From assembly GCA_964016885.1 (NCBI GenBank), contig CAXHJY010000096.1, forward strand, positions 496,001 through 560,000: DNA of 64,000 nt, written 5' to 3'. The stretch comes from Eledone cirrhosa. Its lineage: Eukaryota. The position numbers and the translations under genes are program-made. Below the pieces are notes generated by a model that did no database searches, was not told the DNA's origin, and saw only the letters and a program-made list of their open reading frames with translations. Positions 25,501 to 40,800 of the stretch are shown here, in pieces; position 1 is the first letter of the stretch; each line of letters starts with the position of its first letter.

Positions 25501-28500
25501 TAATTTGTAAAAAAAATCAGGGGGAGATAATTTGTAAAAAAAATCAAGGGGAGATAATTTGCAGTCGTCCAAGGGGAGATAATTTTCAGCCGTCCAAGGA
25601 GAGGTAATTTCTAGCCGTCCAAGGGGAGATAATTTCCAGCCGTCCAAGGGGAGATAATTTCCAGCCGTCCAAGGGGAGATAATTTTTTTTTTAAAATCAG
25701 GCGGAGATAATTTGTAAAAAAAAAAATCAGGGGGAGATAATTTGTAAAAAAAAATCAGGGGGAGATAATTTGTAAAAAAAAATCAGGGGGAGATAATTTG
25801 TAAGAAAAATCAAGGGGAGATAATTTCCAGCCGTCCAAGGGAAGATAATTTCCAGCCCTCCAAGGGGCTATAATTTCCAGCGTCCAAGGGGAGATAATTT
25901 CCAGCCAGCGAAGGGGAGATAATTTTTTTTTTAAAAATCATGCGGGGATAATTTGTAAAAAAAATCAGGGGGAGATAATTTGTAAAAAAAATCAAGGGGA
26001 GATAATTTCCAGCCGTCCAAAGAGAGATAATTTCTAGCCGTCCAAGGGGAGATAATTTCCAGCCGTCCAAGGGGAGATAATTTCCCGCCAGCCAAGGGAA
26101 GATAATTTTTTAAAAAATCAGGCGGAGATTGTAAAAAAAATCAGGGGGAGATAATTTGTAAAAAAATCAGGGGGAGATAATTTGTAAAAAAAAAATCAGG
26201 GGGAGATAATTTGTAAAAAAAAATCAGAGGGAGATAATTTGTAAAAAAAAATCAGGGGGAGATAATTTGTAAAAAAAATCAGGGGTAGATAATTTGTAAA
26301 AAAAATCAGGGGGAGATAATTTGTAAAAAAAAATCAGGGGGAGATAATTTGTAAAAAAAATCAAGGGGAGATAATTTCCAGCCGTCCAAGGGAAGATAAT
26401 TTCCAGCCGTCCAAGGGAAGATAATTTCCAGCCCTCCAAGGGGCTATAATTTCCAGCGTCCAAGGGGAGATAATTTCCAGCCAGCGAAGGGGAGATAATT
26501 TTTTTTTTAAAAATCATGCGGGGATAATTTGTAAAAAAAATCAGGGGGAGATAATTTGTAAAAAAAATCAAGGGGAGATAATTTCCAGCCGTCCAAAGAG
26601 AGATAATTTCTAGCCGTCCAAGGGGAGATAATTTCCAGCCGTCCAAGGGGAGATAATTTCCCGCCAGCCAAAGGAAGATAATTTTTTAAAAAATCAGGCG
26701 GAGATTGTAAAAAAAATCAGGGGGAGATAATTTGTAAAAAAAATCAGGGGGAGATAATTTGTAAAAAAAATCAGGGGGAGATAATTTGTAAAAAAAATCA
26801 GGGGGAGATAATTTGTAAAAAAAAATCAGGGGGAGATAATTTGTAAAAAAAATCAGGGGGAGATAATTTGTAAAAAAAATCAGGGGGAGATAATTTGTAA
26901 AAAAAATCAAGGGGAGATAATTTGCAGCCGTCCAAGGGGAGATAATTTTCAGCCGTCCAAGGAGAGGTAATTTCTAGCCGTCCAAGGGGAGATAATTTCC
27001 AGCCGTCCAAGGGGAGATAATTTCCAGCCGTTCAAGGGGAGATAATTTTTTTAAAAAAATCAGGCGGAGATAATTTGTAAAAAAAAAATCAGGGGGAGAT
27101 AATTTGTAAAAAAAAATCAGTGGGAGATAATTTGTAAAAAAAAATCAGGGGGAGATAATTTGTAAAAAAAAATCAGGGGGAGATAATTTGTAAAAAAATC
27201 AAGGGGAGATAATTTCCAGCCGGTCAAGGGGAGATAATTTTCAGCCGTCCAAGGAGAGGTAATTTCTAGCCGTCCAAGGGGAGATAATTTCCAGCCGTCC
27301 AAGGGGAGATAATTTCCAGCCGTCCAAGGGGAGATAATTTCCAGCCGTCCAAGGAGACATATTTTCCAGCCGTCCAAGGAGAGGTAATTTCTAGCCGTCC
27401 TAGGGGAGATAAATTCCTGCCTCCAAGGGGAGATAATTTCCAGCCAGCCAAGGGGAGATAATTTGTAAAAAAATCAGGGGGAGATAATTTGTAAAAAAAA
27501 TCAGGGGGAGATAATTTGTAAAAAAAAATCAGGGGGAGATAATTTGTAAAAAAAAATCAGGGGAGATAATTTGTAAAAAAAATCAGGGGAAGATAATTTG
27601 TAAAAAAAATCAAGGGGAGATAATTTCCAGCCGTCCAAGGGGAGATAATTTTCAGCCGTCCAAGGAGAGGTAATTTCTAGCCGTCCAAGGAGAGATAATT
27701 TCCAGCCGTCCAAGGGGAGATAATTTCCAGCCGTCCAAGGGGAGATGATTTTTTAAAAAAAATCAGGCGGAGATAAGTTGTTAAAAAAAATCAGGGGGAG
27801 ATAATTTGTAAAAAAAAATCAGGGGGAGATAATTTGTAAAAAAAAATCAGGGGGAGATAATTTGTAAAAAAAATCAAGGGGAGATAATTTCCAGCCGTCC
27901 AAGGGAAGATAATTTCCAGCCCTCCAAGGGGCTATAATTTCCAGCGTCCAAGGGGAGATAATTTCCAGCCAGCGAAGGGGAGATAATTTTTAAAAAAAAA
28001 TCACTGGGATATTTGTAAAAAAAATCAGGGGGAGATAATTTGTAAAAAAAATCAAGGGGAGATAATTTCCAGCCGTCCAAAGAGAGATAATTTCTAGCCG
28101 TCCAAGGGGAGATAATTTCCAGCCTTCCAAGGGGAGATAATTTTTTAAAAAATCAGGTGGAGATAATTTGTAAAAAAAATCAGTGGAAGATAATTTGTAA
28201 AAACAAAATCAAGGGCAGATAATTTCCAGCCGTCCAAGGGGAGATAATTTCCCGCCAGCCAAGGGAAGATAATATTTAAAAAAATCAGGCGGAGATAATT
28301 TGTAAAAAAAATCAGGGGGAGATAATTTGTAAAAAAATCAGGGGGAGATAATTTGTAAAAGAAAAATCAGGGGGAGATAATTTGTAAAAAAAATCAGGGG
28401 GAGATAATTTGTAAAAAAAATCAGGGGTAGATAATTTGTAAAAAAAAATCAGGGGGAGATAATTTGTAAAAAAAAATCAGGGGGAGATAATTTGTAAAAA

Positions 28501-31500
28501 AAATCAAGGGGAGATAATTTGCAGCCGTCCAAGGGGAGATAATTTTCAGCCGTCCAAGGAGAGATAATTTCTAGCCGTCCAAGGGGAGATAATTTCCAGC
28601 CGTCCAAGGGGAGATAATTTCCAGCCGTCCAAGGGGAGATAATTTTTTTTTAAAAATCAAGCGGAGATAATTTGTAAAAAAAAAATCAGGGGGAGATAAT
28701 TTGTAAAAAAAAATCAGGGGGAGATAATTTGTAAAAAAAAATCAGGGGGAGATAATTTGTAAAAAAAAATCAGGGGGAGATAATTTGTAAAAAAAATCAA
28801 GGGGAGATAATTTGCAGCCGTCCAAGGGGAGATAATTTTCAGCCGTCCAAGGAGAGGTAATTTCTAGCCGTCCAAGGGGAGATAAATTCCAGCCTCCAAG
28901 GGGAGATAATTTCCAGCCAGCCAAGGGGAGATAATTTGTAAAAAAATCAGGGGGAGATAATTTGTAAAAAAAATCAGGGGGAGATAATTTGTAACAAAAA
29001 ATCAGGGGGAGATAATTTGTAAAAAAAAATCAGGGGGAGATAATTTGTAAAAAAAATCAGGGGGAGATAATTTGTAAAGAAAATCAAGGGGAGTTAATTT
29101 CCAGCCGTCCAAGGGGAGATAATTTTCATCCGTCCAAGGATAGGTAATTTCTAGCCGTCCAAGGAGAGATAATTTCCAGCCGTCCAAGGGGAGATAATTT
29201 CCAGCCGTCCAAGGGGAGATAATTTTTTTAAAAAAATCAGGCGGAGATAAGTTGTAAAAAAAATCAGGGGGAGATAATTTGTAAAAAAAAATCAGGGGGA
29301 GATAATTTGTAAAAAAAAATCAGGGGGAGATAATTTGTAAAAAAAATCAAGAGAAGATAATTTCCAGCCGTCCAAGGGAAGATAATTTCCAGCCCTCCAA
29401 GGGGCTATAATTTCCAGCGTCCAAGGGGAGATAATTTCCAGCCAGCGAAGGGGAGATAATTTTAAAAAAAAAATCAGTGGGAGATTTGTAAAAAAAATCA
29501 GGGGGAGATAATTTGTAAAAAAAATCAAGGGGAGATAATTTCCAGCCGTCCAAAGAGAGATAATTTCTAGCCGTCCAAGGGGAGATAATTTACATCCTTC
29601 CAAGGGGAGATAATTTCCAGCCGTCCAAGGGGAGATAATTTCCCGCCAGCCAAGGGAAGATAATTTTTAAAAAAATCAGGGGGAGATAATTTGTAAAAAA
29701 AAAATCAGGGGGAGATAATTTGTAACAAAAAATCAAGGGGAGATAATTTGTAAAAAAAATCAGGGGGAGATAATTTGTAAAAAAAATCAGGGGGAGATAA
29801 TTTGTAAAAAAATCAGGGGGAGATAATTTGTAAAAAAAAATCAGGGGGAGATAATTTGTAAAAAAAATCAAGGGGAGATAATTTGTAAAAAAAAATCAGG
29901 GGGAGATAATTTGTAAAAAAAAATCAGGGGGAGATAATTTGTAAAAAAAATCAAGGGGAGATAATTTGCAGCCGTCGAAGGGGAGATAATTTTCAGCCGT
30001 CCAAGGAGAGATAATTTCTAGCCGTCCAAGGGGAGATAATTTCCAGCCGTCCAAGGGGAGATAATTTCCAGCCGTCCAAGGGGAGATAATTTTTTTTAAA
30101 AAATCAAGCGGAGATAATTTGTAAAAAAAAAATCAGGGGGAGATAATTTGTAAAAAAAAATCAGGGGGAGATAATTTGTAAAAAAAAATCAGGGGGAGAT
30201 AATTTGTAAAAAAAATCAAGGGGAGATAATTTCCAGCCGTCCAAGGGAAGATAATTTCCAGCCGTCCAAGGGAAGATAATTTCCAGCCCTCCAAGGGGCT
30301 ATAATTTCCAGCGTCCAAGGGGAGATAATTTCCAGCCAGCGAAGGGGAGATAATTTTTTTTTAAAAAATCAGGGGGAGATAATTTGTAAAAAAAATCAGG
30401 GGGAGATAATTTGTAAAAAAAAATCAGGGGGAGATAATTTGTAAAAAAAAATCAGGGGGAGATAATTTGTAAAAAAAATCAAGGGGAGATAATTTCCAGC
30501 CGTGCAAGGGGAGATAATTTCCAGCCGTCCAAGGGGAGATAATTTACATCCTTCCAAGGGGAGATAATTTCCAGCCGTCCAAGGGGAGATAATTTCCCGC
30601 CAGCCAAGGGAAGATAATTTTTAAAAAAATCAGGGGGAGATAATTTGTAAAAAAAAAATCAGGGGGAGATAATTTGTAACAAAAAATCAAGGGGAGATAA
30701 TTTGTAAAAAAAATCAGGGGGAGATAATTTGTAAAAAAAATCAGGGGGAGATAATTTGTAAAAAAATCAGGGGGAGATAATTTGTAAAAAAAAATCAGGG
30801 GGAGATAATTTGTAAAAAAAAATCAAGGGGAGATAATTTGTAAAAAAAAATCAGGGGGAGATAATTTGTAAAAAAAAATCAGGGGGAGATAATTTGTAAA
30901 AAAAATCAAGGGGAGATAATTTGCAGCCGTCGAAGGGGAGATAATTTTCAGCCGTCCAAGGAGAGATAATTTCTAGCCGTCCAAGGGGAGATAATTTCCA
31001 GCCGTCCAAGGGGAGATAATTTCCAGCCGTCCAAGGGGAGATAATTTTTTTTTAAAAATCAGGGGGAGATAATTTGTAAAAAAAATCAGGGGGAGATAAT
31101 TTGTAAAAAAAAATCAGTGGGAGATAATTTGTAAAAAAAAATCAGGGGGAGATAATTTGTAAAAAAAATCAAGGGGAGATAATTTCCAGCCGTGCAAGGG
31201 GAGATAATTTCCAGCCGTCCAAGGGGAGATAATTTACATCCTTCCAAGGGGAGATAATTTCCAGCCGTCCAAGGGGAGATAATTTCCCGCCAGCCAAGGG
31301 AAGATAATTTTTAAAAAAATCAGGGGGAGATAATTTGTAAAAAAAAAATCAGGGGGAGATAATTTGTAAAAAAAAATCAAGGGGGAGATAATTTGTAAAA
31401 AAATCAAGGGGGAGATAATTTGTAAAAAAAATCAGGGGGAGATAATTTGTAAAAAAAATCAGGGGGAGATAATTTGTAAAAAAAAATCAGGGGGAGATAA

Positions 31501-34500
31501 CTTGTAAAAAAAATCAGGGGGAGATAATTTGTAAAAAAAATCAGGGGGAGATAATTTGTAAAAAAAAATCAGGGGGAGATAATTTGTAAAAAAAAATCAG
31601 GGGGAGATAATTTGTAAAAAAAATCAGGGGGAGATAATTTGTAAAAAAAATCAGGGGGAGATAATTTGTAAAAAAAATCAAGGGGAGATAATTTGCAGCC
31701 GTCCAAGGGGAGATAATTTTCAGCCGTCCAAGGAGAGGTAATTTCTAGCCGTCCAAGGGGAGATAATTTCCAGCCGTCCAAGGGGAGATAATTTCCAGCC
31801 GTCCAAGGGGAGATAATTTTTTTTTTAAAATCAGGCGGAGATAATTTGTAAAAAAAAAAATCAGGGGGAGATAATTTGTAAAAAAAAATCAGGGGGAGAT
31901 AATTTGTAAAAAAAAATCAGGGGGAGATAATTTGTAAGAAAAATCAAGGGGAGATAATTTCCAGCCGTCCAAGGGAAGATAATTTCCAGCCCTCCAAGGG
32001 GCTATAATTTCCAGCGTCCAAGGGGAGATAATTTCCAGCCAGCGAAGGGGAGATAATTTTTTTTTTAAAAATCATGCGGGGATAATTTGTAAAAAAAATC
32101 AGGGGGAGATAATTTGTAAAAAAAATCAAGGGGAGATAATTTCCAGCCGTCCAAAGAGAGATAATTTCTAGCCGTCCAAGGGGAGATAATTTCCAGCCGT
32201 CCAAGGGGAGATAATTTCCCGCCAGCCAAGGGAAGATAATTTTTTAAAAAATCAGGCGGAGATTGTAAAAAAAATCAGGGGGAGATAATTTGTAAAAAAA
32301 TCAGGGGGAGATAATTTGTAAAAAAAAAATCAGGGGGAGATAATTTGTAAAAAAAAATCAGAGGGAGATAATTTGTAAAAAAAAATCAGGGGGAGATAAT
32401 TTGTAAAAAAAATCAGGGGTAGATAATTTGTAAAAAAAATCAGGGGGAGATAATTTGTAAAAAAAAATCAGGGGGAGATAATTTGTAAAAAAAATCAAGG
32501 GGAGATAATTTCCAGCCGTCCAAGGGAAGATAATTTCCAGCCGTCCAAGGGAAGATAATTTCCAGCCCTCCAAGGGGCTATAATTTCCAGCGTCCAAGGG
32601 GAGATAATTTCCAGCCAGCGAAGGGGAGATAATTTTTTTTTTAAAAATCATGCGGGGATAATTTGTAAAAAAAATCAGGGGGAGATAATTTGTAAAAAAA
32701 ATCAAGGGGAGATAATTTCCAGCCGTCCAAAGAGAGATAATTTCTAGCCGTCCAAGGGGAGATAATTTCCAGCCGTCCAAGGGGAGATAATTTCCCGCCA
32801 GCCAAAGGAAGATAATTTTTTAAAAAATCAGGCGGAGATTGTAAAAAAAATCAGGGGGAGATAATTTGTAAAAAAAATCAGGGGGAGATAATTTGTAAAA
32901 AAAATCAGGGGGAGATAATTTGTAAAAAAAATCAGGGGGAGATAATTTGTAAAAAAAAATCAGGGGGAGATAATTTGTAAAAAAAATCAGGGGGAGATAA
33001 TTTGTAAAAAAAATCAGGGGGAGATAATTTGTAAAAAAAATCAAGGGGAGATAATTTGCAGCCGTCCAAGGGGAGATAATTTTCAGCCGTCCAAGGAGAG
33101 GTAATTTCTAGCCGTCCAAGGGGAGATAATTTCCAGCCGTCCAAGGGGAGATAATTTCCAGCCGTTCAAGGGGAGATAATTTTTTTAAAAAAATCAGGCG
33201 GAGATAATTTGTAAAAAAAAAATCAGGGGGAGATAATTTGTAAAAAAAAATCAGTGGGAGATAATTTGTAAAAAAAAATCAGGGGGAGATAATTTGTAAA
33301 AAAAAATCAGGGGGAGATAATTTGTAAAAAAATCAAGGGGAGATAATTTCCAGCCGGTCAAGGGGAGATAATTTTCAGCCGTCCAAGGAGAGGTAATTTC
33401 TAGCCGTCCAAGGGGAGATAATTTCCAGCCGTCCAAGGGGAGATAATTTCCAGCCGTCCAAGGGGAGATAATTTCCAGCCGTCCAAGGAGACATATTTTC
33501 CAGCCGTCCAAGGAGAGGTAATTTCTAGCCGTCCTAGGGGAGATAAATTCCTGCCTCCAAGGGGAGATAATTTCCAGCCAGCCAAGGGGAGATAATTTGT
33601 AAAAAAATCAGGGGGAGATAATTTGTAAAAAAAATCAGGGGGAGATAATTTGTAAAAAAAAATCAGGGGGAGATAATTTGTAAAAAAAAATCAGGGGAGA
33701 TAATTTGTAAAAAAAATCAGGGGAAGATAATTTGTAAAAAAAATCAAGGGGAGATAATTTCCAGCCGTCCAAGGGGAGATAATTTTCAGCCGTCCAAGGA
33801 GAGGTAATTTCTAGCCGTCCAAGGAGAGATAATTTCCAGCCGTCCAAGGGGAGATAATTTCCAGCCGTCCAAGGGGAGATGATTTTTTAAAAAAAATCAG
33901 GCGGAGATAAGTTGTTAAAAAAAATCAGGGGGAGATAATTTGTAAAAAAAAATCAGGGGGAGATAATTTGTAAAAAAAAATCAGGGGGAGATAATTTGTA
34001 AAAAAAATCAAGGGGAGATAATTTCCAGCCGTCCAAGGGAAGATAATTTCCAGCCCTCCAAGGGGCTATAATTTCCAGCGTCCAAGGGGAGATAATTTCC
34101 AGCCAGCGAAGGGGAGATAATTTTTAAAAAAAAATCACTGGGATATTTGTAAAAAAAATCAGGGGGAGATAATTTGTAAAAAAAATCAAGGGGAGATAAT
34201 TTCCAGCCGTCCAAAGAGAGATAATTTCTAGCCGTCCAAGGGGAGATAATTTCCAGCCTTCCAAGGGGAGATAATTTTTTAAAAAATCAGGTGGAGATAA
34301 TTTGTAAAAAAAATCAGTGGAAGATAATTTGTAAAAACAAAATCAAGGGCAGATAATTTCCAGCCGTCCAAGGGGAGATAATTTCCCGCCAGCCAAGGGA
34401 AGATAATATTTAAAAAAATCAGGCGGAGATAATTTGTAAAAAAAATCAGGGGGAGATAATTTGTAAAAAAATCAGGGGGAGATAATTTGTAAAAGAAAAA

Positions 34501-34890
34501 TCAGGGGGAGATAATTTGTAAAAAAAATCAGGGGGAGATAATTTGTAAAAAAAATCAGGGGTAGATAATTTGTAAAAAAAAATCAGGGGGAGATAATTTG
34601 TAAAAAAAAATCAGGGGGAGATAATTTGTAAAAAAAATCAAGGGGAGATAATTTGCAGCCGTCCAAGGGGAGATAATTTTCAGCCGTCCAAGGAGAGATA
34701 ATTTCTAGCCGTCCAAGGGGAGATAATTTCCAGCCGTCCAAGGGGAGATAATTTCCAGCCGTCCAAGGGGAGATAATTTTTTTTTAAAAATCAAGCGGAG
34801 ATAATTTGTAAAAAAAAAATCAGGGGGAGATAATTTGTAAAAAAAAATCAGGGGGAGATAATTTGTAAAAAAAAATCAGGGGGAGATAAT
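22590..34890 (+). repeat. 6134-bp tandem HOR, 2 near-identical copies (~22590-28723 and ~28724-34890)
   Basis: Constant 6134 offset for many ORF pairs (22608/28742, 23999/30133, 26224/32358, 27874/34008) and for private SNPs (C25367/C31501, T27224/T33358). Confidence 0.95.
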
Positions 34891-37800
34891 TTGTAAAAAA
34901 AAATCAAGGGGAGATAATTTCCAGCCGTCCAAGGGAAGATAATTTCCAGCCGTCCAAGGGAAGATAATTTCCAGCCCTTCAAGGGGCTATAATTTCCAGC
35001 GTCCAAGGGGAGATAATTTCCAGCCAGCGAAGGGGAGATAATTTTTTTTTTAAAAATCAGGGGGAGATAATTTGTAAAAAAAATCAGGGGGAGATAATTT
35101 GTAAAAAAAAATCAGGGGGAGATAATTTGTAAAAAAAAATCAGGGGGAGATAATTTGTAAAAAAAATCAAGGGGAGATAATTTCAAGCCGTGCAAGGGGA
35201 GATAATTTCCAGCCGTCCAAGGGGAGATAATTTACATCCTTCCAAGGGGAGATAATTTCCCGCCAGCCAAGGGAAGATAATTTTTAAAAAAATCAGGGGG
35301 AGATAATTTGTAAAAAAAAAATCAGGGGGAGATAATTTGTAAAAAAAAATCAAGGGGAGATAATTTGTAAAAAAAATCAGGGGGAGATAATTTGTAAAAA
35401 AAAAATCAGGGGGAGATAATTTGTAAAAAAAAATCAAGGGGAGATAATTTGTAAAAAAAATCAGGGGGAGATAATTTGTAAAAAAAATCAGGGGGAGATA
35501 ATTTGTAAAAAAATCAGGGGGAGATAATTTGTAAAAAAAAAATCAGGGGGAGATAATTTGTAAAAAAAATCAAGGGGAGATAATTTGTAAAAAAAAATCA
35601 GGGGGAGATAATTTGTAAAAAAAAATCAGGGGGAGATAATTTGTAAAAAAAATCAAGGGGAGATAATTTGCAGCCGTCCAAGGGGAGATAATTTTCAGCC
35701 GTCCAAGGAGAGATAATTTCTAGCCGTCCAAGGGGAGATAATTTCCAGCCGTCCAAGGGGAGATAATTTCCAGCCGTCCAAGGGGAGATAATTTTTTTTA
35801 AAAAATCAAGCGGAGATAATTTGTAAAAAAAAAATCAGGGGGAGATAATTTGTAAAAAAAAATCAGGGGGAGATAATTTGTAAAAAAAAATCAGGGGGAG
35901 ATAATTTGTAAAAAAAATCAAGGGGAGATAATTTCCAGCCGTCCAAGGGAAGATAATTTCCAGCCGTCCAAGGGAAGATAATTTCCAGCCCTCCAAGGGG
36001 CTATAATTTCCAGCGTCCAAGGGGAGATAATTTCCAGCCAGCGAAGGGGAGATAATTTTTTTTTTTTAAATCAGGGGGAGATAATTTGTAAAAAAAATCA
36101 GTGGGAGATAATTTGTAAAAAAAAATCAGGGGGAGATAATTTGTAAAAAAAAATCAGGGGGAGATAATTTGTAAAAAAAATCAAAGGGAGATAATTTCCA
36201 GCCGTGCAAGGGGAGATAATTTCCAGCCGTCCAAGGGGAGATAATTTACATCCTTCCAAGGGGAGATAATTTCCAGCCGTCCAAGGGGAGATAATTTCCC
36301 GCCAGCCAAGGGAAGATAATTTTTAAAAAAATCAGGGGGAGATAATTTGTAAAAAATAAAAAAATCAAGGGGAGATAATTTGTAAAAAAAATCAGGGGGA
36401 GATAATTTGTAAAAAAAATCAGGGGGAGATAATTTGTAAAAAAATCAGGGGGAGATAATTTGTAAAAAAAAAATCAGGGGGAGATAATTTGTAAAAAAAA
36501 ATCAAGGGGAGATAATTTGTAAAAAAAAATCAGGGGGAGATAATTTGTAAAAAAAATCAGGGGGAGATAATTTGTAAAAAAATCAGGGGGAGATAATTTG
36601 TAAAAAAAAATCAGGGGGAGATAATTTGTAAAAAAAAATCAGGGGGAGATAATTTGTAAAAAAAATCAGGGGGAGATAATTTGTAAAAAAAATCAAGGGG
36701 AGATAATTTGCAGCCGTCCAAGGGGAGATAATTTTCAGCCGTCCAAGGAGAGGTAATTTCTAGCCGTCCAAGGGGAGATAATTTCCAGCCGTCCAAGGGG
36801 AGATAATTTCCAGCCGTCCAAGGGGAGATAATTTTTTTTTAAAAATCAGGCGGAGATAATTTGTAAAAAAAAAAATCAGGGGGAGATAATTTGTAAAAAA
36901 AAATCAGGGGGAGATAATTTGTAAAAAAAAATCAGGGGGAGATAATTTGTAAAAAAAATCAAGGGGAGATAATTTCCAGCCGTCCAAGGGAAGATAATTT
37001 CCAGCCCTCCAAGGGGCTATAATTTCCAGCGTCCAAGGGGAGATAATTTCCAGCCAGCGAAGGGGAGATAATTTTTTTTTAAAAAATCATGCGGGGATAA
37101 TTTGTAAAAAAAATCAGGGGGAGATAATTTGTAAAAAAAATCAAGGGGAGATAATTTCCAGCCGTCCAAAGAGAGATAATTTCTAGCCGTCCAAGGGGAG
37201 ATAATTTCCAGCCGTCCAAGGGGAGATAATTTCCCGCCAGCCAAGGGAAGATAATTTTTTAAAAAATCAGGCGGAGATTGTAAAAAAAATCAGGGGGAGA
37301 TAATTTGTAAAAAAATCAGGGGGAGATAATTTGTAAAAAAAAAATCAGGGGGAGATAATTTGTAAAAAAAAATCAGAGGGAGGTAATTTGTAAAAAAAAA
37401 TCAGGGGGAGATAATTTGTAAAAAAAATCAGGGGTAGATAATTTGTAAAAAAAATCAGGGGGAGATAATTTGTAAAAAAAAATCAGGGGGAGATAATTTG
37501 TAAAAAAAATCAAGGGGAGATAATTTCCAGCCGTCCAAGGGAAGATAATTTCCAGCCGTCCAAGGGAAGATAATTTCCAGCCCTCCAAGGGGCTATAATT
37601 TCCAGCGTCCAAGGGGAGATAATTTCCAGCCAGCGAAGGGGAGATAATTTTTTTTTTAAAAATCAGGGGTAGATAATTTGTAAAAAAAATCAGGGGGAGA
37701 TAATTTGTAAAAAAAATCAGGGGGAGATAATTTGTAAAAAAAATCAAGGGGAGATAATTTCCAGCCGTGCAAGGGGAGATAATTTCCAGCCGTCCAAGGG

Positions 37801-40800
37801 GAGATAATTTACATCCTTCCAAGGGGAGATAATTTCCAGCCGTCCAAGGGGAGATAATTTCCCGCCAGCCAAGGGAAGATAATTTTTAAAAAAATCAGGG
37901 GGAGATAATTTGTAAAAAAAATCAGGGGGAGATAATTTGTAAAAAAAATCAGGGGGAGATAATTTGTAAAAAAAATCAGGGGGAGATAATTTGTAAAAAA
38001 AAATCAGGGGGAGATAATTTGTAAAAAAAATCAGGGGGAGATAATTTGTAAAAAAAATCAAGGGGAGATAATTTGCAGCCGTCCAAGGGGAGATAATTTT
38101 CAGCCGTCCAAGGAGAGGTAATTTCTAGCCGTCCAAGGCGAGATAATTTCCAGCCGTCCAAGGGGAGATAATTTCCAGCCGTCCAAGGGGAGATAATTTT
38201 TTTAAAAAAATCAGGCGGAGATAATTTGTAAAAAAAAAATCAGGGGGAGATAATTTGTAAAAAAAAATCAGTGGGAGATAATTTGTAAAAAAAAATCAGG
38301 GGGAGATAATTTGTAAAAAAAATCAAGGGGAGATAATTTCCAGCCGTCCAAGGGAAGATAATTTCCAGCCCTCCAAGGGGCTATAATTTCCAGCGTCCAA
38401 GGGGAGATAATTTCCAGCCAGCGAAGGGGAGATAATTTTTTTTAAAAAAATCATGGGGGGATAATTTGTAAAAAAAAATCAGGGGGAGATAATTTGTAAA
38501 AAAAAATCAGGGGAGATAATTTGTAAAAAAAATCAGGGGGAGATAATTTGTAAAAAAAAATCAGGGGAAGATAATTTGTAAAAAAAATCAAGCGGAGATA
38601 ATTTGCAGCCGTCCAAGGGGAGATAATTTCCCGCCAGCCAAGGAGAGATAATATTTAAAAAAATCAGGCGGAGATAATTTGTAAAAAAAATCAGGGGGAG
38701 ATAATTTGTAAAAAAAATCAGGGGGAGATAATTTCCAGCCGTCCAAGGGGAGATAATTTTCAGCCGTCCAAGGAGAGGTAATTTCTAGCCGTCCAAGGGG
38801 AGATAATTTCCAGCCGTCCAAGGGAAGATAATTTCCAGCCCTCCAAGGGGCTATAATTTCCAGCGTCCAAGGGGAGATAATTTCCAGCCAGCGAAGGGGA
38901 GATAATTTTTTTTTTAAAAATCAGGGGGAGATAATTTGTAAAAAAAATCAGGGGGAGATAATTTGTAAAAAAAAATCAGGGGGAGATAATTTGTAAAAAA
39001 AAATCAGGGGGAGATAATTTGTAAAAAAAATCAAGGGGAGATAATTTCCAGCCGTGCAAGGGGAGATAATTTCCAGCCGTCCAAGGGGAGATAATTTACA
39101 TCCTTCCAAGGGGAGATAATTTCCAGCCGTCCAAGGGGAGATAATTTCCCGCCAGCCAAGGGAAGATAATTTTTAAAAAAATCAGGGGTAGTTAATTTGT
39201 AAAAAAAAAATCAGGGGGAGATAATTTGTAAAAAAAAATCAAGGGGAGATAATTTGTAAAAAAAATCAGGGGGAGATAATTTGTAAAAAAAATCAGGGGG
39301 AGATAATTTGTAAAAAAATCAGGGGGAGATAATTTGTAAAAAAAAATCAGGGGGAGATAATTTGTAAAAAAAAATCAAGGGGAGATAATTTGTAAAAAAA
39401 AATCAGGGGGAGATAATTTGTAAAAAAAAATCAGGGGGAGATAATTTGTAAAAAAAATCAAGGGGAGATAATTTGCAGCCGTCGAAGGGGAGATAATTTT
39501 CAGCCGTCCAAGGAGAGATAATTTCTAGCCGTCCAAGGGGAGATAATTTCCAGCCGTCCAAGGGGAGATAATTTCCAGCCGTCCAAGGGGAGATAATTTT
39601 TTTTAAAAAATCAAGCGGAGATAATTTGTAAAAAAAAAATCAGGGGGAGATAATTTGTAAAAAAAAATCAGGGGGAGATAATTTGTAAAAAAAAATCAGG
39701 GGGAGATAATTTGTAAAAAAAATCAAGGGGAGATAATTTCCAGCCGTCCAAGGGAAGATAATTTCCAGCCGTCCAAGGGAAGATAATTTCCAGCCCTCCA
39801 AGGGGCTATAATTTCCAGCGTCCAAGGGGAGATAATTTCCAGCCAGCGAAGGGGAGATAATTTTTTTTTATAAAATCAGGGGGAGATAATTTGTAAAAAA
39901 AATCAGGGGGAGATAATTTGTAAAAAAAAATCAGGGGGAGATAATTTGTAAAAAAAAATCAGGGGGAGATAATTTGTAAAAAAAATCAAGGGGAGATTAT
40001 TTCCAGCCGTGCAAGGGGAGATAATTTCCAGCCGTCCAAGGGGAGATAATTTACATCCTTCCAAGGGGAGATAATTTCCAGCCGTCCAAGGGGAGATAAT
40101 TTCCCGCCAGCCAAGGGAAGATAATTTTTAAAAAAATCAGGGGGAGATAATTTGTAAAAAAAAAATCAGGGGGAGATAATTTGTAAAAAAAAATCAAGGG
40201 GAGATAATTTGTAAAAAAAATCAGGGGGAGATAATTTGTAAAAAAAATCAGGGGGAGATAATTTGTAAAAAAATCAGGGGGAGATAATTTGTAAAAAAAA
40301 AATCAGGGGGAGATAATTTGTAAAAAAAAATCAAGGGGAGATAATTTGTAAAAAAAAATCAGGGGGAGATAATTTGTAAAAAAAATCAGGGGGAGATAAT
40401 TTGTAAAAAAAATCAGGGGGAGATAATTTGTAAAAAAAAAATCAGGGTGAGATAATTTGTAAAAAAAAATCAGGGGGAGATAATTTGTAAAAAAAATCAG
40501 GGGGAGATAATTTGTAAAAAAAATCAGGGGGAGATAATTTGTAAAAAAAAATCAGGGGGAGATAATTTGTAAAAAAAATCAAGGGGAGATAATTTGCAGC
40601 CGTCCAAGGGGAGATAATTTTCAGCCGTCCAAGGAGAGATAATTTCTAGCCGTCCAAGGGGAGATAATTTCCAGCCGTCCAAGGGGAGATAATTTCCAGC
40701 CGTCCAAGGGGAGATAATTTTTTTTAAAAAATCAAGCGGAGATAATTTGTAAAAAAAAAATCAGGGGGAGATAATTTGTAAAAAAAATCAAGGGGAGATA

